Numbered from the stretch's first letter, positions 39,100 to 48,930 are shown. The stretch: DNA of 64,000 nucleotides from Nitrospinota bacterium (GCA_014382285.1 JACNKA010000124.1:1647-65646); one strand, 5' to 3'. Notes: generated by a model from the letters alone, not told the origin. Numbers and translations: made by a program.

Positions 39100-39606
39100 G
39101 TGATTCGACAGGTTTTAAAAGTTTTCAAAGCTTTAAACTCAAATGAAAAGCCCTGGCAGCTCAGTCTCGGCCTGGCGTTTGGCGGCGTCATTGGCTTGAT
39201 GCCATTGTGGACTCCGCACAACATCGTCCTGCTATTTCTTGCTTTCATCATTAATTTGAATTTTGCCCTCCTGCTCATCGGAGTTTTCTTTTTCTCCGGC
39301 ATCGCCTACATTCTTGACCCCCTGTTCCATCAAATCGGTTTGGCAGTTCTGACTTCAGAGGGACTGCAAAGTTTCTGGAACGGATTCTTTAGCAATTCGA
39401 TTTTCCTCTTTGACAGACTGAACAACACCTTGGTAATGGGCAGCTTGATTTTCTCCCTGATCTCTGCGGTGCCACTGTTTTTTATTTTCAATTTTCTCAT
39501 TCGAAAATACCGCGAGCATTTGATGGGGTTGCTTGAAAAAATACCTTTTCTTAAATCTCTCAAGCTGGCAAAAGCATTCAACACGGTCACGGGAGGCGGA
39601 TCATGA
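39100..39606 (+). CDS. DUF2062/TIGR03546-like small membrane protein
   Basis: AAGGAGG lies 7 nt before GTG 39100. Has 3-4 TM helices. Recalled as the conserved partner of the downstream gene family; not verified. Confidence 0.5.
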   Translation: MIRQVLKVFKALNSNEKPWQLSLGLAFGGVIGLMPLWTPHNIVLLFLAFIINLNFALLLIGVFFFSGIAYILDPLFHQIGLAVLTSEGLQSFWNGFFSNSIFLFDRLNNTLVMGSLIFSLISAVPLFFIFNFLIRKYREHLMGLLEKIPFLKSLKLAKAFNTVTGGGS

Positions 39607-41390
39607 AACTTTTCCGCTGGCAGGGAGTACTGGCTTTCGCTTTAGTCGGTGGTGTCGTGGGAGTTTTCCTGTTCCTGTTCCTCGATGGCATGATCGAAAG
39701 AGGCATTGAAGAAAAAGGCTCCGAAGTGGCAAAAACCCAGATAGACATAGGTTCCCTGACCACTTCTTTATTGTCCCAATCTGTAGCCCTGTCCAGAATT
39801 GAAATCGCCAACCCCGATAACAACATGGAAAACCTGATCCAGTTTGAAAAACTTTCACTGGACCTCAACGGGGCGCAGATTGTTTCGCACAAAATAATCA
39901 TCGACGAACTTCAGGCTCACGGCATAAAACTCAACCAGAAGCGAACCCAACCCGCCCAAGTAATCAGGAGCGCTGAATCGACTCAAGAGGCAGGACAAGA
40001 AAGTGCCGCCAGCCAAAGTAGCCTTCCCGGCTTGGGCGAACTGAGCGGGTTAAGCGTAAAATCTCCAGAAGAAATTCTCAAGTCCGAAAAACTTGAGACT
40101 CTGGAAGCCGGGAACCGGGCTAAAAAAACCATCGATGATTTAAAAGCCAAATGGGAGAAAAAGTTTGAGACCGACCTCAACCCCAACGCTCTAAAAGAAA
40201 CCCAACAGAAGCTGACTGAATTGCAGAAGAAAGTCACCGGCGGAGACTTGACAGAAATCCCCAAAGCCTTGCAAGAATTCGAAAATCTGCAAAAAGATAT
40301 TCAGGATCGAATGAACCGCATCACTTCAATGAAATCCGAATTCGAAAAAGACATGCAAATGGCAAAGCAGCAGGTCGCTGACTTGAAGAATCTGCCGCAG
40401 AAAGATTTTGAACGATTGAAAAATAAATACTCACTAAGCCCTGGAGGCGGAAAAAATATTCTTGGGTCAATGCTGGAGGGTCCGTTAAAAGAAAAACTGG
40501 ACAAGGCCTGGAAAACATACAAAATGATCAGCCCTTATTTAAATCAAGGTAAGAAATCTTCTCGGGAACAGCAGGAATACGTTCGCGGCAAGGGAATAGA
40601 TATTTCGTTCGCCAAGGCATCTCCCTACCCCGATTTCCTGCTTAAACATGGCGACCTGTCTTTGATTCTTTTCGACACGGAAGTAAAAGGCGAAGTGAAA
40701 GATTTATCAGACAACCAGACCGTCTACGGGAAACCCGCCAAGCTGAACTTTCAATCGGGCAAAAACCAAAACTTTAACTCCTTTGCTCTCGCCGTCACGA
40801 TGGATAAAACTGGCCCGCAATCCCTGGACTCCATCGCTCTGGACATGCAGGGACTCAACCTGAAAAATGTGGGTCAAGCAGAGCTTAAAGACGGCTCGGC
40901 AAAAATCAATGGCTTATTAACTATCATTGATGAAAATAATTTAAATGGCATTTTCAAAGCCGAACTGGATGGCGTGGCACTTTCAATTCCCCAACAGGAA
41001 GGCAACGAACTGGCTAACACCATCGCGCAATCGTTATCAAGCATTGACCGAATCAATATTTCTGTCGAAATCAGCGGAACAATAGAAAATTACCAGTTGG
41101 ATATAAAATCGAACCTTACCGAGATCGTCTCCAAAGCAGTCAAGAAAGCCCTGGCTGGAAAAATGAAAGGATTTGAAAGTTCCCTGATGTCCGCCATTCA
41201 AGCAAAAACTGGCGATGTCCTCTCCGGCACCAGTGGTTCGCTTTCCGGCTTGCTCGGTCAAAACAAAATTTTAAATGATAGCGGGTCTGCTTACGGCGGG
41301 TTGCTGGGTCAAGCTAAAGGCGGAGCAACAGAGCTGGCAAAACCCAAAGGCGGCCTCTCGCTACCCGGCGGATTAAAACTTCCGTTTTGA
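39603..41390 (+). CDS. TIGR03545-like / AsmA-related membrane-anchored protein
   Basis: 595 aa with an N-terminal TM helix, a central coiled-coil K/E-rich region and a Gly-rich C-terminus. Overlaps the upstream gene by 4 nt (ATGA). Confidence 0.5.
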   Translation: MKLFRWQGVLAFALVGGVVGVFLFLFLDGMIERGIEEKGSEVAKTQIDIGSLTTSLLSQSVALSRIEIANPDNNMENLIQFEKLSLDLNGAQIVSHKIIIDELQAHGIKLNQKRTQPAQVIRSAESTQEAGQESAASQSSLPGLGELSGLSVKSPEEILKSEKLETLEAGNRAKKTIDDLKAKWEKKFETDLNPNALKETQQKLTELQKKVTGGDLTEIPKALQEFENLQKDIQDRMNRITSMKSEFEKDMQMAKQQVADLKNLPQKDFERLKNKYSLSPGGGKNILGSMLEGPLKEKLDKAWKTYKMISPYLNQGKKSSREQQEYVRGKGIDISFAKASPYPDFLLKHGDLSLILFDTEVKGEVKDLSDNQTVYGKPAKLNFQSGKNQNFNSFALAVTMDKTGPQSLDSIALDMQGLNLKNVGQAELKDGSAKINGLLTIIDENNLNGIFKAELDGVALSIPQQEGNELANTIAQSLSSIDRINISVEISGTIENYQLDIKSNLTEIVSKAVKKALAGKMKGFESSLMSAIQAKTGDVLSGTSGSLSGLLGQNKILNDSGSAYGGLLGQAKGGATELAKPKGGLSLPGGLKLPF

Positions 41391-41447
41391 TTTAAAATAA
41401 TCAAGCCCTCGCCCCGTCATGCTACTCCATTAAATAAACCGACAGGT

Positions 41448-42026
41448 TTAGGCCAGCACTCGTCTTCTATAAACCACCATCAGGGAATATATCAGGCATA
41501 CTGTCGCTATGGTTGCGGGGAATAAGGCAGTCGTTAGCGAATAGTTTTCCAAGGCTAAAATAACAAAAAAGTTACGTGCTGCCATAATCACAAAAAATAT
41601 CAACTGCTCTTCAAGAGGGTACATATATGCCTTCCTAAAGGTTGGAGCAAACCCCAACACATCGACCGTCGTCAAGATCACCACGGCCCATAACGGATCC
41701 GAGGTCAGGTACCAAAGGGGTAAGGATATCATGGCAAATACAAAAAATATCCAGTCTACTCGGGTGATGGTGCTATCTGACTTCTTGATATAAGCCAAAA
41801 AAGCAACATAGATGGAAATAATACCGGAAAACCCTATTACCCAGGCACCCGCCCCGCCTTTATCTGCAAGCTGAGCCAGAAAAACAATACATGTAGAAGA
41901 CCCCCATATTACCCAGGAAAACACATGCGGCCTGATTTTACCCTGAAGAATAGAACGTATATAGGGGTAATAGGCAATTATTGTTAGCCCGATAGCAATA
42001 GCACTGAATAGCTGTTCTTGATTCAC
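41448..42026 (-). CDS. Integral membrane protein (about 6 TM helices)
   Basis: 192 aa, hydrophobic throughout. No catalytic motif recognised. Confidence 0.55.
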   Translation of the reverse strand: MNQEQLFSAIAIGLTIIAYYPYIRSILQGKIRPHVFSWVIWGSSTCIVFLAQLADKGGAGAWVIGFSGIISIYVAFLAYIKKSDSTITRVDWIFFVFAMISLPLWYLTSDPLWAVVILTTVDVLGFAPTFRKAYMYPLEEQLIFFVIMAARNFFVILALENYSLTTALFPATIATVCLIYSLMVVYRRRVLA

Positions 42027-42115
42027 AAGAGGCTCTCAATATTTTATATGTTTCCTGAAAAACCTGAATGGTACGGGTTTAAAAAAAGGCAGGAGTTAAG
42101 CGTCCCGGCTCGCCA

Positions 42116-42643
42116 TTAAGAAGATGCTCGTTCAATAGCTTCTCCTATCAGTTGGGCTGCATGCTCGGAACCTTCCCAGTCATCCAACTCGACCCATTTC
42201 CCTGGCTCTAAATCTTTATAGTGAGCAAAAAAATGGGCAATTTGCTCCAGAAGGATTTTAGGCAAATCGGTATATTCTTTGACATCTGAATAATAAGGGT
42301 TCAAGGCATCAACCGGGACAGCTAGAATTTTTTCATCCGCCCCTTTTTCATCCCTCATTTCCAAAACTCCGACAGGTCGGCAACGGACGATGCAGCCGGA
42401 TAAAAACTCCACAGGGGAGGCCACCAGAATATCAAGGGGGTCACCGTCTTCGGAAAGGGTATGCGGCACAAATCCGTAATTACAGGGGTAACGCATTGAA
42501 GTGTGCATGACGCGGTCTACATACAAAGCACCGGATTTTTTATCCATTTCGTATTTCACCGGTTCACGACCAAATGGAACCTCAATGATAACGTTGATAT
42601 CCCACGGGGGTGCTTCGCCTATCGGTATTGCATCAATATTCAT
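42116..42643 (-). CDS. ppa: Inorganic pyrophosphatase (family I)
   Basis: VIIEVPFGREPVKYEMDK...ALYVDR...YPCNYGFVPHTLSEDGDPLDILV matches the family I PPase signature. Confidence 0.9.
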   Translation of the reverse strand: MNIDAIPIGEAPPWDINVIIEVPFGREPVKYEMDKKSGALYVDRVMHTSMRYPCNYGFVPHTLSEDGDPLDILVASPVEFLSGCIVRCRPVGVLEMRDEKGADEKILAVPVDALNPYYSDVKEYTDLPKILLEQIAHFFAHYKDLEPGKWVELDDWEGSEHAAQLIGEAIERASS

Positions 42644-42810
42644 AACAGGTCACTTAATTTATAGAACGAAAATTCATTCAAGGTTTATAACTCATTCAGC
42701 ACTGGGGACAATAGATCTGTCAGGAAGTGTCAAACTGATCAGGCTTTTTAAAGCCCACTGGAAATGTTTCAACTAATGGGAAGGTAGCCAGTCACCATTC
42801 CTGTAAGGAA

Positions 42811-42885
42811 TGCCGAGGGCCGGAATCGAACCGGCACGAGGTCGTTGGTAAAATATAACGCCCTCGAGGGATTTTAAGTCCCTTT
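42811..42885 (-). pseudogene. tRNA-Leu 3' fragment (anticodon arm through 3' end); att-like direct repeat of the intact tRNA at 49751..49834
   Basis: TGCCGAGGGCCGGAATCGAACCGGCACGAGG...CCCTCGAGGGATTTTAAGTCCCTT matches the intact gene apart from 2 substitutions and a ~16-nt insertion in the variable-arm loop. The 5' acceptor and D arm are absent and replaced by AT-rich sequence. Confidence 0.75.
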
Positions 42886-43066
42886 ATTGATAATGTAACT
42901 TATTGATTTTATTGGTAATTAAAATTATTTTCCTGTGTATGTGTAAGAAACTGTGTAAGTTTTGACCGATTTTAAACCACATTCAAGCCCCTAATACAGC
43001 TTCTAATGCATTTTACTTTTTCTCCTATTAGATGTCTTCTTATTTTTTGCAGATAGGCGTCTCTGG

Positions 43067-46000
43067 CTAGGAAGGCAGTCGAATCTCTCGGAACGACTCG
43101 CCAAGCTGAAGCGCCGCACTTCGCCGATCACCCATATCGACTAGCATGTCTAGGATTCGTAAAAACTTCTGCGCCAGCGTAAGAGTCATAGGTGCGTCAC
43201 GATGTGCAAAGTGTTGTACCAGCTCCGCAATGCGCGCTGGAATGAAGGTCCCGTGCCAACCTTTTAGGTTGTCGGGACCGTCCCCTATAATTGCGAGGAC
43301 TTGGTCTGCAAAGACTTCGGCTGGGTAGTTGACCCGAGCTCGTTCAGAGAGCGTCAAAAATGGGTCCATCACTGAAGCCGCCCATCCGCCAGCGCGAATG
43401 AAGCGATCAACTAAGGGCAGGATGCGGGTGATTTCAGACCAGTCACCATTCACATAGCGGGCGGCCCCCTCCGCTCGCTCTACTGAGACAAACATCAACG
43501 TGCGAACAAGATTTGGTTGATCGAAGCCTGAAAATTCTCCACTCCTGTAGGTGTCCCGCTTTAAGACAGAGTCTTGCAGAAGCCGTTCAAGACAGAGATC
43601 AAGTATTGTAATAGAGTCCACAGGAACGATTGGCGCATCGAACACATAAGCGCAAACAAAGGTATCCGCGAATGGTGAGAGAAGGGCCCAGCAATTGTCC
43701 CCTTCAAGGTCCAAAATCGGGTCAAGAAAACGGGCCTGAAAATCGGCGAGCGGGATTAGGCCAGCTATGTGACCCAGCCGCGATCCAAGCGTATGCGTCC
43801 ACTCAAAAATTCGGGTTGCTGACCGATCACGACGCCCCGGCTTCACCCACGGCGGAGCATTTTTCTGGTTAGTCCAGTCAAGAACATTGGCAAGGAATTC
43901 GAGAAGGTTATTTTGTGCCTCGCTGTTCAGAACTTCATCGAAAGGGAGGTACTTGAGGATTTCTGCTGCCTGCTTTGAGTGCCAGAAGACATCCGGTTCA
44001 CCCCACCTCTCGGCCAAGTCAGTTGCATCACCCATATCATAATCTTCGTAGACTTGATGCCCACGTCGGCCCGTTCCGGGTTCGACTTTCACCCATGCTG
44101 GAGGAGGTAACGGAAGAGGAGCCCAGCCGCTTCCACTCTCATAGAACTCAAGCGCCGTTTTGACTTTATCTTGTGCTTCACTTGAAGTGAGAAGTGGTTC
44201 ACCATATTGACGGGGCTGGTCTTGCGGGCGTGAAGGAACGCTACAGAGAGAAAATGCCAAGATCAGAGCGGACCAAGTAAGCTTGGAGTCATTAGACCAA
44301 AGTTTGCAAGCTTCTTCAATTGCTGCTGACGAAACGACTTCAAGTGGATGCGCAATCATCTTGAGGAGGTCTCGAGCTGTGCCGTGCGCTGCAGTCCTCT
44401 CGCGAATATCCGCTGCAAGGCCACGCGCCACGTAAATCCCATGGTGCCAGGGAATAACGGATTCTGGGGACGACATTAGATCGGGTTTCTCTGGAAAACG
44501 AATTGCACGCCTTAGAATATCACGAGCCCACTCAAGATCTTGTTGTGTACGCCCTTCTCGAAAGTTAAGCACTATGGCCGCTGTCGCTGCGACTGCACCC
44601 CGATGTATTCCAAACCGCTCTTCTTCATTCTGGTTGCTCGAGTTTTCGAATAAGTTAACGGTGTCTGCTTCCTTGGCTAACTTAATGGCATCTTCAACGG
44701 TATAGGTGTCATTCAGTGCCTTTTCTTCGAAGGATTTGGATGCCCACGTCCAAAGGCCCGTTTGCCTGAGGTATTTAGTAGCCTTTTCAGCCTTAGCAAC
44801 ATTTTCAGGTTCAGCAGCAGAAGGGCTAACATGGACAATGGCAATCTGGTCTGAATCCTCTTCGGTGCGGTAGCTCTGATAGTTTTTCGGGTCCGCCAGC
44901 TCGGCATATTTGAGGGCCTGCGCTGTGAGATGCTCCCGCTCCTCCTGAATGTTGCGGTGTTCTTCGTATTGGTAGGGCAAATTGTTCTTGAAATTTAGAA
45001 TCGCTTCTCGCGCTCGGCCACGGAAAGGCTCCGTTGCAAAGACGAAGCTGGGTACCATCCAACTAAGCTGTTTCTTACGGACCGGCCTGGCATTTGCAGC
45101 CTGGACCGCTTCAAAGTGGGGTTTGTCGGTTCTACCCTTGAAACCCATCAGGTTGGCCGTTGATGAAAAGTAGTCTTGCTCCCATCGGTTATCATCTGCA
45201 GCTAACAGCCTTTGCGATGTAAAGAGTGGAAATGTTGTTTCAGACACCGTCTCGGTGTGGAGTGTAAGCATTGAAGCCATTCCTAGGATGGCTATGCATT
45301 CATTTCCCTCTACAATTTGTTGTATCAGCTCGTCAACAGACCGGTCGCGATCAAGCTCGGCGAAGCACCACTCCTCAAGCGCCATAAACCCACAGCCGAT
45401 GGCTTCGGGCGCAAACATTGACCGAAACCAAAGATACTCTCGATTCGTTCCCCAGAAAATTTGAGTGCCCCAGGGAAATGTTAGTTCAAGCGGTATAGGG
45501 ATGCCACTACGGTCGTATGAGTGGCGATGTAACTGTTGCCACGCGGTCATCGCATGATTACAGAGTTCTCGAAGGAGACGCAATGCATGGTCAGGCGATG
45601 ATTGGAATAGTGAATGAAAGGGGTCGCGCAGCGGTGAAGGGGGATTGAAGCTTTGGTGGTCGTCGTTGATCGACAGTCTTTCCCAATCGTGGTAACTGAA
45701 ATCGCCTATAGTACGTAAAGGAGAACAAGCATCAATCACCATATTCTCGTGACGTGTGCGTTCCGCCTCCGGTTTTTCCAAGATTGCTTTGCGTCGCTCA
45801 GCATGATCATGAAGTTCCTGCTTTTCTCGGGCGGCTTGCTCGTCTGGAAGTTCCTCCCGTAGAAATGCGAGTGCAAACTCAAAGACTGGCTGGGGCAACG
45901 ATTGAGCCAAGATAGGTGTGTAGTTGATAATGTTATGAAATTCATCATCTCTTATGCGCTCTAATTTGGTGACCCGTTGCAAATACTCAGCTGCAACTGT

Positions 46001-47326
46001 CGGATAAGTTTTGGATGATTTTAAGAGAAGTTGGCTCAACGATTTTCGGAAAGAGTCCATGTCGGAAATCTTTCTCCAAAACTCAGAGTTCTCGTCAGAA
46101 TTATAGAAGGGATAAATCTTGTCGATGGCGGCCAACCAAATAGCGCATTGTTGCAGAAGCGAACTAGACGTTGCGTTGCGAATGTTGACTAATGCATTTT
46201 GCCAAACCTCGAAGATGGCGACGACCTCTGGATAAAGCCGCTGGGGAATGTCTGAAATGCGCGGTAGAATAAAGTCGATGAGGCGACGCCACGCTGCGTA
46301 ATCGGAAGGCCACCCGAGGAGATCCGCGATTCGTTGGCGTTGTTCTCGGGGAAGATCACCAGTAAGAATAAGCTCATTTGGGGTTGTCTTCTCAGCCTGA
46401 ATCCATACGAGCGTCTTCCTGAAAAGTAGGAAATCATTGGCAAAGACGACCGTTGCGAATTGGTCTTCATCATTTTCAAACCTTGCATTTCCCAAGGGAC
46501 CAAGCAACCACGCTCTTAACCATTGTGACCGTAGTTCCGAATCCTCCGTTTGGGCAAGGTACGCTGACCAGTTTGTTCCCTGCGAGTACTCCCATTGGGA
46601 GTTGAGCTCGACGACGCGAGCTACTGCCGGAGGTTCACCGCAGGCCTTGATAACGTCAATCCATTGTTGTCCGCAATCTGCAAGGATATGGAAGAAGGCC
46701 CATTCGAAAAAAATATCATGGGCAAAGCGGATGGAAACCCCTTCGCGAGCATTTTGGAGTATGCCGTCTGATCTTAGATCATCAATGCGTGTGAGTGAGG
46801 TTAGCTGACTAAGGGGAACCGGCTGGCTAAGCTGGCGGGCACGAATATTTGCTAATTCGAGCAATGCGCGCTGGCGTTCAAGCGCATTTTGACCCGTTTC
46901 ATTGTAACCTCCCCGACTCCACCAATTCCCAATTAAATCGATTTCAGATTGAGGGGCGAATGTCGAAGCGCTGGGGTCGGCCATGTAATTTTGGTTCAGC
47001 ACTTTTGCAAAAAAGGGCCGTCGGACAATCTCTCGCACTTGGGCTGATCCAAATAAAAGTGGTCTCAGGTGTGGTTTGGCGTTAGCGAGTGCCTCAGCTT
47101 CATCGTCGCTCAACTGAGTAATGTTAATCGTCTCTACCTTCAGGGGGTCAAGAAATTCGCCCAGCCAATTGCGAAGCACCTCAATACCCGTATCGCGAAG
47201 GGAGACTACTATGCGCCAGTTGTTTAACAATGGCGATTTCACAATGGTGTGAATTATGTCTATGATGATGGGCTGATGTTCTTTTTCGATGCGATCAATC
47301 GCATCGATGTAGAAAATTGGGAGCAC
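43067..47326 (-). CDS. Giant protein: C-terminal part of a STAND/NACHT-like NTPase (Walker B onward) plus >1,200-aa helical domain of unknown function
   Basis: 1419 aa with a GTG start. The N-terminus PIFYIDAIDRIEKE is Walker B-like, and RIVVSLRDTG resembles the NACHT TSR motif. The remainder is W/L/E/R-rich with no recognisable motif. Overlaps the upstream ORF by 32 nt. Confidence 0.7.
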   Translation of the reverse strand: MLPIFYIDAIDRIEKEHQPIIIDIIHTIVKSPLLNNWRIVVSLRDTGIEVLRNWLGEFLDPLKVETINITQLSDDEAEALANAKPHLRPLLFGSAQVREIVRRPFFAKVLNQNYMADPSASTFAPQSEIDLIGNWWSRGGYNETGQNALERQRALLELANIRARQLSQPVPLSQLTSLTRIDDLRSDGILQNAREGVSIRFAHDIFFEWAFFHILADCGQQWIDVIKACGEPPAVARVVELNSQWEYSQGTNWSAYLAQTEDSELRSQWLRAWLLGPLGNARFENDEDQFATVVFANDFLLFRKTLVWIQAEKTTPNELILTGDLPREQRQRIADLLGWPSDYAAWRRLIDFILPRISDIPQRLYPEVVAIFEVWQNALVNIRNATSSSLLQQCAIWLAAIDKIYPFYNSDENSEFWRKISDMDSFRKSLSQLLLKSSKTYPTVAAEYLQRVTKLERIRDDEFHNIINYTPILAQSLPQPVFEFALAFLREELPDEQAAREKQELHDHAERRKAILEKPEAERTRHENMVIDACSPLRTIGDFSYHDWERLSINDDHQSFNPPSPLRDPFHSLFQSSPDHALRLLRELCNHAMTAWQQLHRHSYDRSGIPIPLELTFPWGTQIFWGTNREYLWFRSMFAPEAIGCGFMALEEWCFAELDRDRSVDELIQQIVEGNECIAILGMASMLTLHTETVSETTFPLFTSQRLLAADDNRWEQDYFSSTANLMGFKGRTDKPHFEAVQAANARPVRKKQLSWMVPSFVFATEPFRGRAREAILNFKNNLPYQYEEHRNIQEEREHLTAQALKYAELADPKNYQSYRTEEDSDQIAIVHVSPSAAEPENVAKAEKATKYLRQTGLWTWASKSFEEKALNDTYTVEDAIKLAKEADTVNLFENSSNQNEEERFGIHRGAVAATAAIVLNFREGRTQQDLEWARDILRRAIRFPEKPDLMSSPESVIPWHHGIYVARGLAADIRERTAAHGTARDLLKMIAHPLEVVSSAAIEEACKLWSNDSKLTWSALILAFSLCSVPSRPQDQPRQYGEPLLTSSEAQDKVKTALEFYESGSGWAPLPLPPPAWVKVEPGTGRRGHQVYEDYDMGDATDLAERWGEPDVFWHSKQAAEILKYLPFDEVLNSEAQNNLLEFLANVLDWTNQKNAPPWVKPGRRDRSATRIFEWTHTLGSRLGHIAGLIPLADFQARFLDPILDLEGDNCWALLSPFADTFVCAYVFDAPIVPVDSITILDLCLERLLQDSVLKRDTYRSGEFSGFDQPNLVRTLMFVSVERAEGAARYVNGDWSEITRILPLVDRFIRAGGWAASVMDPFLTLSERARVNYPAEVFADQVLAIIGDGPDNLKGWHGTFIPARIAELVQHFAHRDAPMTLTLAQKFLRILDMLVDMGDRRSAALQLGESFREIRLPS

Positions 47327-48455
47327 CAGTAGCCTCGACCTCTACGAGAAGCTGTTCCAGTGGCGCACCCGACAAGCCCTGCGAGGTCGCATAGCTAATC
47401 CAGTTGGTCCCTTCGAGTTGCTCGGCTTTAAGAAAGAGGATCGGCCCCTGTTCTAGCGAACGTTGCACTGCCCGCCTCACTAGGACTGATTTACCACTTC
47501 CCGGTAAACCCCTTACCTGGACGACATGAGCCGTAGTGAGTTTTGTGTCTAGACTCTCTAATAACTGGGTTCGGTCGAGCTTTGTTCCACCAATATCGTC
47601 AGGAATGAGGTTCGTGTAACTCTTAGCTAACTCTGTCAATTTGCCTAAGTCATGGCTTAGAGAAGTCGCACCACGGAGACGCGCGACTGGTGAAATGAAA
47701 TGCACAAGTCGTGTGCGATTAAACTGACCTGATTTACCTGCTGATGAACGTGCTAGCTGGACTACTCGCGACCAGACAAGCGAAGCCTTGGCTGCGTCGT
47801 CTGGTGCGAGACAATCCCGAATACGATTAATGGCTTCAGAAGGATCAGTAGAACCTTCGCGAAGGAAGTCGAACTGTATTAGTACAAAATGAGCAAGAAA
47901 GTGATGTACTTCTTCAGTCGTACATGACATCCCCTTTTCTTCTTCCAACAGAGTCACAACATCGTTCTTAACGGTTTTAATGTCTGGGCTGGCGTTTCCA
48001 CCCTCAACAAATCGAGCATGGAAATGGTCAGGCGTCAGACTTTCACGAGCCAAATCGCAAAGTGTTTTTAGTGCTCGTTCTTTGGAAGGGGTAATGGTTC
48101 CAACTGCCGTTCCGTAGCGGTCGACATTAAAGCGAAAGTCAGGCTTATTAAAGGTTGCCCAACTGTCTCGGATGATTTCGCGAAAGTCTTCATTCGAATT
48201 TGCACTGCTGATCGTGAGAGAACGTTTTACTTGTAGGCTAAGTCGAGCAGGGTTCTTTGAATCATCTTCAAAGTCGACAATCACATCATCGAGGGGTTCA
48301 CCGAAATCGCGTTGTTGGACCGAAACTTGAATAACAGTTCGATCATCGATCCCAGGTGCATAAGCTTCGGCTAATAACGCAGCGAGATAAAATGCAGCCG
48401 CGTCACCTTCAAAGGTAAATCCTTCGCCGCCACCGATTTCAGGTGATTGTGACAT
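47295..48455 (-). CDS. PD-(D/E)xK-like (Cap4/DUF4297-like) nuclease N-domain plus the Walker A half of a P-loop NTPase
   Basis: 386 aa. GGGEGFTFEGDAAAFYLAALL...LDDVIVDFED...LSLQVKRS at the N-terminus, and GLPGSGKS Walker A about 60 aa before the stop. Confidence 0.65.
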   Translation of the reverse strand: MSQSPEIGGGEGFTFEGDAAAFYLAALLAEAYAPGIDDRTVIQVSVQQRDFGEPLDDVIVDFEDDSKNPARLSLQVKRSLTISSANSNEDFREIIRDSWATFNKPDFRFNVDRYGTAVGTITPSKERALKTLCDLARESLTPDHFHARFVEGGNASPDIKTVKNDVVTLLEEEKGMSCTTEEVHHFLAHFVLIQFDFLREGSTDPSEAINRIRDCLAPDDAAKASLVWSRVVQLARSSAGKSGQFNRTRLVHFISPVARLRGATSLSHDLGKLTELAKSYTNLIPDDIGGTKLDRTQLLESLDTKLTTAHVVQVRGLPGSGKSVLVRRAVQRSLEQGPILFLKAEQLEGTNWISYATSQGLSGAPLEQLLVEVEATGAPNFLHRCD

Positions 48456-48807
48456 CGCTATTTTGAAAAAGGGTTTTACCCCACCACGGATGGTCGAGTT
48501 ATTCGAGAATTTCTATTCGATAGCACTACAGTCATTAAGCCGTCCTCACTGGAGTCGGGTTTTCACTTACAGAACAGATTTTTACAAAGTATACCTCAAA
48601 GATTTTTTTTCAGGGCTTTTCCTTTTTTCGCCCCTCAGTCATCTAGGTTTTTCAATTCAGGTTTTACAGCATCGGAAGTTTTAACCGGCAAGGGCGTGCC
48701 TCCTTCACTCCGTTATGCCCTGTGGGTTGCAGTTTTCTGCCGCTACTGCCTCTCCTGAAAATATGAAAGGCCCGGATGGTTCGGGCTTAAAAAATAAGGA
48801 GGAAAAA

Positions 48808-48930
48808 ATGGAACATTTGATCGTCATGCACGAACTGGAAGGTTTGAGCGAACCGGAACATCTTGGCTCTAAAAAGAACAAATGTGTAAATGTTCAAACT
48901 TTACAATTGTGCGCAAAACCGCTAAGCTGA
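48808..48930 (+). CDS. Candidate 40-aa small ORF in the island
   Basis: AAGGAGG lies 6 nt upstream of ATG 48808. Encodes MEHLIVMHELEGLSEPEHLGSKKNKCVNVQTLQLCAKPLS. No similarity recognised. Confidence 0.25.
   Translation: MEHLIVMHELEGLSEPEHLGSKKNKCVNVQTLQLCAKPLS

Noticed and set aside
48463-48930. ORFs 48463..48684 and 48715..48930 as possible integrase/excisionase remnants of the island
   Set aside because: No recombinase motifs (R..HxxR..Y or a serine recombinase N-terminus) are visible. Only the SD-led 40-codon sub-ORF was kept, as a low-confidence candidate.
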